Assembly (NCBI GenBank): GCA_951406725.2
Contig: OX597818.1
Location: forward strand, 139,872,001 to 139,936,000
DNA: 64,000 nt
Direction: 5' to 3'
Origin: Octopus vulgaris
Taxonomy: Eukaryota
Shown: piece after piece, positions 12,966-25,458 of the stretch
Numbering within the stretch: position 1 is the first letter of the stretch
Layout of the letters: the number at the start of each line of letters is the position of its first letter
Notes under the pieces: model-generated
Told to the model about the DNA's origin: nothing
Database searches by the model: none
The model's input: the letters and a program-made list of their open reading frames with translations, nothing else
Translations under genes and position numbers: made by a program

Positions 12966-13197
12966 ATTTCTTTACTACCCACAAGGGGCTAAACACAGAG
13001 GGGACAAACAAGGACAGACAAAGCGATTAAGTCGATTTTACCGACCCCAGTGCGTAACTGGTACTTAATTTATCGACCCCGAAAGGATGAAAGGCAAAGT
13101 CGACCTCGGCGGAATTTGAACTCAGAACGTAACGGCAGACGAAATACGGCTTCGCATTTCGCCCGGCGTGCTAACGTTTCTGCCAGCTCGCCGCCTT
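12966..13197 (-). mobile_element. SINE family A, full length, inserted in (TA)n
   Basis: Near-consensus copy with (TA)n on both sides. Confidence 0.93.
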
Positions 13198-13212
13198 TAT
13201 ATATATATATAA

Positions 13213-13515
13213 AGGACTCTCCCGTCGCTAGACCACGTATCAGGGTTCGACAATTTCTTACTGAACAACCATACAGGTGATTTGTTTATAGTGATCAAAT
13301 GTTTGTATACACACAAGCTCACTCCCTCTATCTGATCGACATTATCTGTACAGATGCAACAGGTGCCGCATGTCAGATATCGAAATGATCGCAGAGCAAC
13401 GTGAAATGAAGTGATTTGCTCAAGAACACCACGCAACGCCAGGTATGGGAATCGAACTCACGGTCTCGCAATCGTGAGTGCAACACCTTAACCACTAGGC
13501 TATGTGCCTTCACAC
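13213..13515 (-). mobile_element. tRNA-derived SINE (family D)
   Basis: Minus-strand head tagcctagtggttaagg ... gagttcgattccc (A and B boxes). Confidence 0.75.
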
Positions 13516-13522
13516 ACGCACA

Positions 13523-13589
<67 letters not shown>

Positions 13590-14029
13590 ACACATATACA
13601 CAGAAGCTAGTGAGGAATTATCAATCCTGGGAAATCACTTTATAAGCCCTGTGTTAGTACATCAGGCTAACAATATTGTTTAAATTAGTAAAGAACTATG
13701 CGTGCTCCTGTTGCAGGGTCCGAGGTTACAGTTCGCCACAATTCTATATTGTACATCCATGGTTACGTTTCAGTTATACTGGTTTTAACACTGAGTGATA
13801 TACAGGACAAGGCATAGATAATCGTCATTACACATCTCTTGATTGTAGCAAATTTGACATTCACTGTTTGCAGTAGCCATTAAGAGTTTGTTATCGCTAG
13901 ATTTAATTAATCCTCTCATTGATCAGTTTCTTTCTTTCTTTCTTTCTTTCTCTCTCCCTCTCTCCATCTCTATGCATGTATGTATGTATGTATGTATGTA
14001 TGTATGTATGTATGTATGTATGTATGTAT

Positions 14030-14066
<37 letters not shown>

Positions 14067-14130
14067 CACACAAACACATATATATATACACATATATAAA
14101 ATATATATATATATAATATATATATACACA

Positions 14131-14695
14131 CTAGCAACAAAGCCCGGTCTCTCCCGGTCGGTTTGGATGATGTGGTTGTAAAACCTGCTCTGTGTAAGCA
14201 TTCGACATTTTTGGGCACCCTTATGTTAAAAAACAGTTTTAGAATGACATTTTTTCTGTCAAAATACTAAAAATATTTGACCAACAACAACAAAAAACCA
14301 AGATTCAGTCAAATCAAAAAATAAACTCAAATACTAAGCGAACAAAGCTGAACCATCCCACTTCAATTGCGCGCGCACGCACACATACACACACGCGCGC
14401 ACACACATGTTCACATAGACCCTTTTACATACACACACATATTCGCATAGAGTTGAAACGCTGTTTGATTTATTTTTATCAGCGTACAATTTTCCTCATC
14501 CCACTACCGATTATGACATCACCCCTTCTTTCCTTATTCATCTAGCACTCCTTCCTTTCTTATTCATAAACACAAGAGTATTATTATAGTAGATTATCTC
14601 GGTAACCAAGGGAGATATAAAAAAATACAAAACCCAGCATCCCCCACCGTGTAGTTTTTCGCGCAATTCTACCCAGCTGTTTGACCGTGTCAAAT

Positions 14696-14700
<5 letters not shown>
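14131..14700 (-). mobile_element. Probable non-autonomous Helitron-like element
   Basis: Minus-strand 3' end has a GC hairpin (ccgggagagaccgg) about 10 nt before CTAG followed by T. The other end runs into (TA)n. Confidence 0.5.
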
Positions 14701-14752
<52 letters not shown>

Positions 14753-14755
<3 letters not shown>

Positions 14756-15122
14756 GCACTCCGTCGGTTACGACGACGAGGGTTCCGGTTGATCCGATCA
14801 ACGGAACAGCCTGCTCGTGAAATTAACGTGTAAGTGGCTGAGCACTCCACAGACACGTGTACCCTTAACGTAGTTCTCGTGAATATTCAGCGTGACACAG
14901 AGAGTGACAAGGCCGGCCCCTTGAAATACAGGTACAACAGAAACAGGAAGTAAGAGTGAGAGAAAGTGGTGGTGAAAGAGTACAGCAGGGGTCACCACCA
15001 TCCCCTGCCGGAGACTCGTGGAGCTTTTAGGTGTTTTCGCTCAATAAACACCCACAACGCCCGCTCTGGGAATGGAAACCGCGATCCTATGACCGCGAAT
15101 CCGCTGCCCTAACCACTGGGCC

Positions 15123-15125
<3 letters not shown>
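14753..15125 (-). mobile_element. SINE family B inserted in (TA)n
   Basis: Family match. (TA)n on both sides. A few 5' bases are missing. Confidence 0.92.
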
Positions 15126-15165
<40 letters not shown>

Positions 15166-15479
15166 CTATTATATATATGACTATTTCGAGGAACTTCCCT
15201 CATAAGTTTGAAGACTTTGAAACTTACAGTGTAGACTAGACATAGCTTCCCGTGTTTGTTCGCATTGAATTTACTGCAAGAATACCTACCTTTGAATATA
15301 GAAATCTTTGTTGAGATAGAAAATGATTGTTACATGCATAGATTTTCACGAATGTTAAGGAAATAATTACCAATTATTTAGTTCAATCACATCACATAAT
15401 TTATTTAAAATTGAGTTTAAAACTTCTCTGAACGTATGAGAAAATATACGCTCAAAATACATACGCACTCACGCGCGCA

Positions 15480-15631
15480 TATACGTACATACATACATAC
15501 ATACATACATACATACATACATACATACACACACACATACATACAAACATACATACATACATACATACATAAATACATACATACATAAATACATACATAC
15601 ATATACATGCATATGTATACACATATGTATA

Positions 15632-15673
<42 letters not shown>

Positions 15674-15738
15674 TATATAAGTGTGTATGTTCATATGTAG
15701 ACAAACAGTTAGACAGTTAGACAGACAGACAGACAGAG

Positions 15739-15790
<52 letters not shown>
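15480..15790. repeat. (TACA)n, (TA)n and (GATA)n compound microsatellite
   Basis: Direct inspection. Confidence 0.9.
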
Positions 15791-15791
<1 letters not shown>

Positions 15792-16363
15792 TGCAAACAT
15801 ACATAGTTAAGCACAGATACAAATTTACACATTATACTATACACATGCACGAATATCCATACATATAGACACCAGCATATACACAAAAATATACACTGTG
15901 TCCGCATGTATATATATGTGTGTGTGTGCGTGTCATTTTGCGTTTCTTTTTACTGTTAATTTCCTTTTACATAATCAGTTTATCCGATGCATTTTCAACA
16001 GCATCCTGCATATATGCTGCGTGGAATGTTAACTATTCTCCAAGCTAAATGATATTACCTTTACGGCAAAGAACCTGAATAATCTGCAAAACACACAAAA
16101 GCGCTTATGAATGATTTCTTTTCAAATATGAAGAATAAAATGATAGGAAAAAATTATGAAAAAATAAATAAACATAAAATATCGCAGAAAACAAAGCATA
16201 TTTTTTGTTAGTTTGTTCTTATCTGTGAAATTATTATTGAGAAAATGCATTCCATCCATATTTTTTTATATTGGTAACGTTAAACGAATGTGAAGTCAAT
16301 AAGAAAGACTCTACAGAAGAATGCAACGTTTATATTTACTTCAAATATTTTCAGCTATTTTAG

Positions 16364-16462
16364 ATTTTGTGGTCACCAGAAGCACCTGCTAAACAGAGCG
16401 ATGAAACTGCATTCCAAAGCCCGTTCTCCTCACCGTGGTGCTGGGGGTGGCAACGGCATATG
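16364..16462 (+). other. Candidate host-gene exon
   Basis: GC-rich island between acceptor-like ttttcag/ttttag (16354/16363) and a consensus donor G|GTAAGT (16463). ATG at 16401. Confidence 0.35.
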
Positions 16463-16559
16463 GTAAGTATGCTGGCTAAACGGCTCTGGCCTGGGGAAAG
16501 ACCTGGCCACCTACCCCAGTCTCCTGGCCAATATACTCTATGGATAATATAAAAGTGTC

Positions 16560-16695
16560 TTTGTGTGTGTGTACGCGCGTGTGTGTGTGTGCGCGCGCAC
16601 TTGTGTGTTTGTGTGTATGTGTGTGTGTGCGCGCGCACTTGTGTGTTTGTGTGTATGTGTGTGTGTGTGTGCGTATTAGTGTGTGTACGTGTGTT
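16560..16695. repeat. (TG)n/(CG)n alternating purine-pyrimidine tract
   Basis: Direct inspection. Confidence 0.9.
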
Positions 16696-17200
16696 TGTGT
16701 CGTTGAAATCGAGGTGTGCCACATTGTGTAAACCGGATATGATCTAATCCAAAATTTGTCCCTGTCTAAGAGTTCCCCCATGACAGAAACAATATACCGA
16801 TCTAACTTTATAGAGGAATAACAACTTTTAAGTGTGGTTATTTTAACAGTACACTTGACAATAACTTCAACATTGAAACAACGAATGCTTCATCACATTT
16901 GCAATGTTATCCTTCTGAATGCAACGAAGGAGTGATATCGTGACAAAATACCAACCGAATGCATCAAATAGTGAAATATTTAAATACCTAAGATGACAGT
17001 GGTTCTCTTACAATCATGGGAGTATTATTAAAGATATATTGTGTAGCTGGCAAACTATGATTTTCTTGCTAAATTTTTATAGAATACTGTTCATAGGAAG
17101 GACTGATCTCATACACAAAACTACAGACCGCCATTCCCGCACATACATATGTGTGTATGTGTGTGTCTGGCTGTGTCTGGGTATATAATTACACACGCGC

Positions 17201-17290
<90 letters not shown>

Positions 17291-17914
17291 GTTGACTGTT
17301 CTAATATTTGCATACATCATTGCAAAACCTGTGTTGAGTTACTTCCATTTTTGTCAAAATAGGTGACCCAGACATTCGCTAAATGCAAACTTACTGTTAT
17401 CAAAATGCCCCACTTCTGTCCTTGGCTGAAGGCCAGAGAAAGGATGTAAATAAAAGCAAAAAGAGATGTTTAAACGATGTTATAAATTAGGATACACTGC
17501 GAAAATACCAACAGAAAAATCAAAGAGAGACCAATTAGGCCATGGAAATGACTTTACATACTGGTCTCTTGTTTATTGATCAACCCACTTATTGTTTACA
17601 CGTTAGTGATTTTGTTTATATAGAAGGCGGTGGAATAGAAAGAACAGCATTGAGTTAGACAAATCGTCTTCTTATCCCATATCTTCAAACTCAAACTCTC
17701 AGCAGAGTCAGATTTATCTTTCATCTATTGTGGATCGATAAAAAGAAGAATTATTTCATCACGACTCAATCATCCATGGCCGTCCATTATTAATTTGTAA
17801 CTTCGTGTTTATGAAAGTAATTTGTAATGCGTGTGTGAGCGGACACACACATACATACACACACACACTTATTTATACATGGCATGTCTGGTCATAGTTA
17901 CTGGTATCGACTCG

Positions 17915-18385
17915 CGAATCTCAATCTGTAGTCTTTCCAGCGCCGCCGAGAGCGCTTTATTATTTGTACGATGCGGAAATTGTTCCGACAGTATTGTCCA
18001 AATGTTATCGGGATCACTTTTAAGATCCACCCAAGGCTTGGTCCCTATGATATGCGTCCTCTAGAGTAATCGTGCTCTCAGGACATCACAACACTAAGAC
18101 AGAACTACTTCTCCTCAATCGGACCTGCTCTTTGTAACATCATTCCAAAACATAAAGAAGGAAAAAAGATTTCATAACCTTCAAAAACTTCCTGGGTGAA
18201 TTTCCCCAACAAATTCCAGATAAACCACGTACATCCGTATATACTGCTGCAAACAACAACTCTTTAATCGAATGAGTAATGGTGCCTAAAAATAAATATA
18301 CAAAAATATATTACTAAATGGCTTTTCCAGGCGGTGCTATTAAGTTAGCTATGGCCTGGGCTAATGTGGCCGAAACCTACCTATG
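17915..18385 (+). mobile_element. CR1/L2-group LINE 3' fragment (ORF2 C-terminus and 3' UTR), degenerate
   Basis: Translates L*SFQRRRERFII...CPNVIGITFKIHPRLGP, resembling the LxSLxRRRxR motif. Homologous to 61040-61330. Confidence 0.7.
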
Positions 18386-18566
18386 CATCTAAGTGTATAT
18401 ATATACAGTGAAGTTATATTCTGTTAAGAACGTAGTAGAGTGCAGTATAAAGTTTTTCCACCTTCAGATCTAACCCTGGGCCCTACTGTAGTAGAATTAT
18501 ACGTACTTCCAAACTTGCGTTTGGCCATCTGTCGTGTGAGTAGATAATTGAAAATATTCGGAGTCA

Positions 18567-18880
18567 TGAAGGATTACTGTCGGACATATATTTTTCAATG
18601 ACTACACTTGTTTCTACGCAACGTAGTTCTTCAGGCATGCAGGTACTTGATTATTCAACTGTTTTCCTACACTATGAGACCTAGCTGAGTTTCTCTCAAG
18701 TTCAAATTCTCGGCGTCAAGAATATCCTGTCCGTCTGTCTGTCTGCCCTAGCCTGAATTTAGTAGTAGCCACTGAGTTTATCAAGATGGGCTGTTGCTGA
18801 AGGAGCATTGGCCTGGGGAACTACCTTGCATAGAAACAATCGTAGTGATTGAAAAATAAATGTCCGACAGTAATCCTTCA
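18567..18880. mobile_element. MITE with ~39-bp TIRs and 9-bp TSD
   Basis: TIR tgaaggattactgtcggaca...tttttcaatgactac versus gtagtgattgaaaaa...tgtccgacagtaatccttca (2 mismatches). Flanks tcggagtca / ttggagtca. Confidence 0.85.
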
Positions 18881-19143
18881 TTGGAGTCATATATTGAAAA
18901 CTTGCACGGAAGTATATAGAAAATTTGCATGTTCAGAAAATCTCTATTAGAAACGAAATCAGTATTTATACTGGGAAGTAATATTTATCGCCACCTTAAA
19001 CGTGACTGTTATGTAAGAACGACGATACCGCTACTTCAACCCAAGAAGGACACCACCTCCAGCAAATTATTCACTACGCGTTGCACTCGATCTATATTGT
19101 AAGCTAGTAGAAACTCCCAACTATTCTAGCTTGAAAAATCACA

Positions 19144-19183
19144 GATCATGTGATTTCGACCGCATTTTAGTCATCCTCAGTTA
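19144..19183 (-). ncRNA. Degenerate minimal hammerhead-ribozyme-like motif
   Basis: Minus strand CTGAGGA-t-gac...gtc-GAAA-tcacatg-ATC. Stem I is poorly paired. Confidence 0.4.
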
Positions 19184-19367
19184 GAGATACACGTCTGCTA
19201 GACATAGCCGTATTTTACATTTACGTATACATAGAGACACATACACAGACAGACATACTGACACACACGTATATATATACATATATCCCTGTATATGTAT
19301 GTGTAATTGAGTTCGCTTTTGCATATATTAAAATCTGTCTAAATTTTAACTGTAATACACACACACA

Positions 19368-19456
<89 letters not shown>

Positions 19457-19489
19457 TCACAGACATGGAGGAAGTAAATATACACCTTT

Positions 19490-19925
19490 AATTTTCACAA
19501 TTTCTGATCTAAGCGTCCTCAGCGCTGTAGAATTTTCAATGTAATTATTCCTCTTCATTCCCGGTGCCTTTATATTAAACATATTGAATCGAGGGAACAC
19601 TCGATTCGATAACACCGTTTACAAACTCTATGCTTGGAATGAACAATTTAAATACTATTGGAACTTACTCACAATGTATACCATTCTGCCTATAAAATGG
19701 ATCTGCAGATACAATATCCCTGCATATTTCACGTCTATTTTAATTCCTCCACATCACTTTCTATTTCATATCTTATCAAGAATAACTATTGCTTAACCAT
19801 CTTCTCACACCGTCTCCGATGAAAGGCTACATAAAATATCCTGGAAACAGCTGTAAGACCTATTTATAAATGTTCTGAAATCTTTCACAGCCTTGGATTT
19901 TTATCGCATTCTGTTAATTTTTTCA
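19490..19925 (+). mobile_element. Penelope-like element 3' remnant (degenerate GIY-YIG C-terminus plus hammerhead)
   Basis: Frameshifted REH..I..HRLQTL / GMN resembles the PLE endonuclease C-terminus. It is followed by a hammerhead motif. Confidence 0.5.
19812..19859 (+). ncRNA. Minimal type-I hammerhead-ribozyme motif (core U4 mutated to C)
   Basis: gtct-CCGATGA-aagg...cctg-GAAAC-agct-GTA-agac. Stem I gtct/agac, palindromic stem III acagctgt. Confidence 0.65.
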
Positions 19926-20074
19926 TATATACGCATGCGGATATATGACCTACGTTGGACTCCTCATTCGCATAATCACCGTACCTGGAGCCTAACTGTA
20001 GTCTGTCCATAGCACTTACTCAGCATTACCAGACACCTTTGGGTCTTCTTGGCACCATTATCTCTCATAACCTA

Positions 20075-20109
20075 TATATACATACACACACACACACACA
20101 CACACACAC

Positions 20110-20173
<64 letters not shown>

Positions 20174-20352
20174 ATATGTATGTATATATGTATATATATG
20201 TATATATGTATATATGTATATATATGTATGTATTTATATATATATATGTATATGTGTATGCATATATATGTATATATGTATTCATATATATATATATATA
20301 TATATGCATATATGTATATATATGCATATATATATATATATGTATATATACA
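20075..20352. repeat. (CA)n/(TA)n/(TATG)n microsatellite
   Basis: Direct inspection. Confidence 0.95.
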
Positions 20353-21029
20353 TACCCTATTGACTTAACTATGTGTTAAAGTGTTAATTTTATCACATGC
20401 TATCTTTATTGAACCTCAAACACAATGATTCATACACATCAATATATTTTAATAGCTACAATAAAAGAGAATATCTTCTGTATTTTTGTACTGAAAATAG
20501 TCTTTACAACCAATGTGATAGTCTCTGTTACTAGAATCATTATCCCGATGACCATCATTCTTGTACATTGAACGCATCATAGACATGATAATATAACAAA
20601 TACATTACATCTTCTGTAATTCTTTTAGTGTTTTCAGATATTGGACTGCTGTCATGGTAATACAAACAACTTCGAAGTTATAAACACAGAAATATGTAAA
20701 GGATTATATCGATTCTAGCATTTATTTCTGCCTGGTATACATTTAGCTAACTCAATTTGCCGAAGTGCTAGTTTACGAGATATAACGAAAAAAAAAAAAA
20801 TCAGTTAAATTAACCGGCATAATCATAAACTCACATGCCCAAACACACGTACTATGTACATATGTTTTGTATATACTATCTCTTTTCGTGTGTTGCTAAT
20901 CATTACAACACACGATTTTTGCTGATTTCCTCATTTTGCTGATTTTGCTGACGAAAATTTTATTTCCAAGTCTCCTCTTTAATCACAAGCAGAGAGCAAA
21001 CCTTTGATAATACTGAGAAGCAGACAGAA

Positions 21030-21322
21030 GGTAAGGCCCAACTGGACAAGTTTGGACACTTTTCCTACTTTAACTGAGTTTCAATGCAAATTCTAGGGCT
21101 ATTTACTTTGGGTATTCTTCCACAAGAATTTTTCGAGCTCAATATTCAAAATATTTGTTTGTCTAGATTGGAGGAATCTGCGAACGAAAAATCTCCTGTG
21201 TGAAACTGACCAAACGATCCTTGGAGTGTCCGAACACTTTAGGTTTTATTTTCACAGACAGAAGGAATATTTCTTCCAGATTCTATTGCTGAAGACCCCT
21301 TTCGAATTCATACAGCATCTCT
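21030..21322 (-). mobile_element. Degenerate mariner transposase N-terminal (HTH) fragment
   Basis: With frameshifts the minus strand reads MLYEFERG..A.E..RNI...SVRT.Q..F..F..GDFS..D...LVEE.P, typical of mariner N-termini. Confidence 0.7.
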
Positions 21323-21480
21323 TATCTGAAACCATTATAAAGAGGTAAAGCCAATAAAAATTTAACCATTATTTTATAAAGTAATCTGCAAAGAAAGTGG
21401 GGAAATACGTAATAAATCAATGCTTATTTTACCAATAGTGCTAAATAAAAACTCTATTCTAACATTATTATACAGACAAA

Positions 21481-21650
<170 letters not shown>

Positions 21651-21951
21651 ACTTTTTATTGTAGCCACACAGGGCTAAACACAGAATAAAAATGGACGAA
21701 ATACAATGTAGAATTTTTTTCTTTTCGAGGTGGGATGGGTGGGGCAAAAAAAAAAAAAAAAAAAAACGTTTGATCAATAGGGATCTGTGGGTTGTGTGGT
21801 GTATAAAAAAGCAATATATATATATATATATAAGGTTCACAGTTTAGGTGTAGCCTTGGAAAGAAAAACCTACAAAAAAGACCAAGGTCACCTCAGCAAT
21901 TCGAAAAAGAACACATGAGTAAGTCGCCTTACTTCTCGTTGTCTCTTTTGG

Positions 21952-24900
21952 TTACAGATTTATGCTTAAAATAGTGTCGTCTTTCATACTGACCATTTTT
22001 GCCACTTTTACCCACTTTTTATTAAAACATTCGTTCGACAAAGCTTTCCTCTCTATTCTCATCCTCCTTTTCAAGTGGTACTTGAAAAAGTTGACGAGAG
22101 ACTGACCAGAGAGGAAGGTGTTTGTTTGCAGTCCTTTCAAACGCGTCCACCACACACATTCTTTCGCCATAGCCATCAGCGTAACGAAAACCGTTTTCCC
22201 TTCCCGTTTAAAGGAAGGTGGTGGAACAATATTCACGATAGACTCGGCCGATAGGCGAGCCTGACCTACACGTGACAACAGCTGTTCGACGAAGGACCAC
22301 AGCTCTTAAATATCTGGACACTGCACGAGTGCGTGCAGAACGGTTTCGTCGCTCTGACCGCATCTCGGGCAGGTCGGTCCGGTGATGGTTTTCGAACCGT
22401 GTCTGTAGCTCTTCTCTCGAACAGGTAGTGCGTCTCGATAGCACTGCCAAGCCAGGGATTTCTGGAAGTTATCCATAGGCCCCGGCCCGAACGTCGTCCT
22501 GAACAGGCGGGTTAGGAATTCTTCGTCGACGCCCAGGTTTGCCCCGAGTGTGTCGTCGGACCTCCTCTCCACTAGTCCTCTATAGAACGCTTTAGTCGTT
22601 TGTAAGTTGCACAAGTTTGACCCCGGTCGGCAGAGCTGCTGTAGAGCTTGGCGACACTCTCGGTGCCAATCGCCCAGTTTCGGTCTCTTTTTGATCCACG
22701 TTTGCAGTTCGGTCAGTGAGACGAGCTGCGGGAAGTCGCGCCTCACAAACGGCGCCCACACCTGTTCACCGTCGTCGATGAATTTCCAGAGATGTCGCAG
22801 TCTCAGCGCATGCCTGCGCATCATCAACCACGGCATGCCCAGTCCTCCATTCAACGGATGTTGACAGCAAATGGACTTCCTCACCATCGGAACGCCACCC
22901 TTCCACAGGAAGCGGAAGAGTATGCGTTCCAGTTTGGTGATGGTGGCGTCGGGACAAGGTACGACGGTCAGGCGGTAATCGATGACGGATGCGATGTACG
23001 CGTTCGCCACCTCCGCCCGGCCTTTTAGAGACAGCTTTCTCTCGGCCCATGTTTGGCTGAGAGCGACCACTCTACTCGTGATCTCGTCCCAGTTCTTATC
23101 CATTTGGAGGTCCGGACTGAACCAGACCCCGAGCAATTTAACCGGTCCGTCCGTCCAGCGTCCCACTACTGAGCCGCAGTCGGACGGCATGGGCTTGCTT
23201 CTCCAGGTGCCGAGTAGCAAACCCACTGACTTTTCCGGGTTAATCTTTGCTCCCGTCACCGTTTCATATTTTCTTAGTGTCTCGCCTATCATCTTGATGT
23301 GTTTGTCGCTCGACACTATGACGGTGACATCGTCCGCATATGCCGACACGCTCGTCCTGCAACCCAGTTCCCGTGGGATGCCCCTCAGTGTCGCCAGCTT
23401 CCGCAGTAGCGGCTCGAGAGTCAATACATACAGAAGCGCCGACAGGGGACACCCCTGACGGACCGAACGCGTGATGTCAAACGGTTTCGACAGGTGACCG
23501 TTCACCCGAATCACCGATCGGATGCCGCTATACAAGGCAGCGATCCAACCGCGGAAGACGGGACCGAAGCCAGCCGCCCTGAGGACGGCCGCCAAGTACC
23601 GATGGTCGACCCTATCGAAGGCTTTAGACTGATCCAAATTTATCAGCGCCCCACCCATGCCAGGATCCTTAACTACCCTGTCCACAATGTAGCGCATCAG
23701 ATGGAGGTTGTCATGTATGGTTCTGCCCGGCACGGCGCATGTTTGCGCCCTGTCGACCAGTTTACCAATGACAAGCGCCAACCTCTCGGCTATTACTTTG
23801 GCCAAAATTTTCAAATCTGCGTTGAGCAGAGTGATGGGCCTGAAATTATCTATAAAATTCCCCTTGTTTGAGTCTTTCTTCAGCAACGTCACTGCACCTC
23901 GGCTCACGAAACCGGGGATTCTCCCGTTTTGTTGCCAGTTGCAGTAGACTGATGCCAAGAGGTCGCCAAACAAGTCTGGCATTCGACAATACAGCTCGTA
24001 GGGTAAACCATCCAATCCAGGCGACTTATCCCTCGCGCAGCCCGCCATCGCATCCCACACGTCAGCGGCTGTGATGGGACTTTCACAACACTCCGCTTCT
24101 CTTGCCGAGAGCCGCGGCAGGTCGGTCAGGTAGGCACTGAAATCCATCCCGCGTTCCGACCCACCACTCGCACCAAACAGTCGAGCAAAGTGCTGTTGAA
24201 AGGCCTCACACATCCTTTCGGGTTCGAGTAAACTGCATCCCTGTTGATCTATTAGAGACCGAATGTTGGATCTGTTGCCACGCTGCGCCTTCGCTACCCG
24301 GGCCTCTCGCGCAGCTTCAATCCCTTCGTTCCTTAAGGCACGCATTTTAGCTCTGACGACGCAACCTTCGTGCTTGGCGTTGAGGTGTTGGTCGAGGGCC
24401 ATCCTCGCAGCCAGCACGTTGGTTGCGCTGCCAGTGGTAAGTGCCTCTTCTAGTTTCTTAACTAAGTCTCCCTCTACTCTATTTCGTTCTATCGCTAATT
24501 CCTTGCTAAACCTAATTGATTCCTATTTTATTGCCATTTTCAGGGCGTACCACCAGCGGTTGTTAACGACCGCTCCCGTCAGCGCCCTCTTAATTAACTC
24601 GCTAATCCGGTTCCTGTAAACCTGTCGCGCTAACAGCGACGTGTTCATTTTCCAGTAACCGGGACCCTGCCTATGTGTTTTATCTAAGTCGAGCGTACAC
24701 GTAACAAATTTGTGATCTGTGTAGCTGACTATTTTAAATTGTGGACATCCTACACTATCCCTATCTGCTGTCCTGCATAGAATTCTATCTAGATAAGATC
24801 TCGACGATCCGACGCGGTTTGTCCAAGTCCACGTTGGCACGTTCGGATGGTCGAGTCGGAACCTGTCAGACAAATGGAAACGTCTGAGCAGGTCTTTGAG

Positions 24901-25401
24901 GCTCTTACACCCCCTTCTATTCCTATCCCTTCCCACATAATCTAGATGCGTGTCCAAGGTAGCGTTCCAATCCCCTACTAACAGTAAAGGTCTAGACGTA
25001 CCCAGAAAAACCTCTAGACGTCTGAAGAAATCCGCCCGACCCGTTAAGGACGGTGCATAAACTGCCATCAGACGGAATGCACACCCATTTCTGCCATCCA
25101 CGTCCAAGACAACCAGCCTACCCTCCGGGTCTAGGAATATTGCTCTTACTTTTACCTTTAGACTCTTTCGAAAAAGCACCGCAGTACCTCCACCACCCAT
25201 GTTCGGCAGACAGGGAGAAAAATAAATGTCAAATTGATTGCCAAACATGGACTCGAGGGCCCGCGGCTTAGTGAGTCTGGTTTCACTGATAGCTACTATA
25301 TCCACGTCCAGTGACTTGATGTCGTTTAGAAGGTAGCCTTGCTTCCAAGCCGACGCCAAGCCACGCGCATTCACACAACCTAATTTAAGCATACTTGACA
25401 T
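21952..25401 (-). pseudogene. Tx1 ORF2 polyprotein (~1149 codons): AP endonuclease, reverse transcriptase and CCHC finger, with two in-frame stops
   Basis: APE motifs NARGL, ISET, YAPS, GDWN, LDRI, TDH. RT motifs SPGLDG, FRPITLLN, DQSKAFD, RQGCPLS, YADD. Finger CPRCGQSDETVLHALVQC. ORFs 24523-25401, 22306-24417 and 21952-22278 share one frame, split by TAG (24523-24525) and TAA (22306-22308). Confidence 0.95.
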
Positions 25402-25458
25402 TTACGAAAATGGTGTTTTATACACTATATTAGAAGAGACAAGAGGCAAGAAGTGAGG

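Noticed and set aside
22607-25271. Plus-strand ORFs overlapping Tx1 ORF2
   Set aside because: Antisense shadows of a GC-rich coding sequence.
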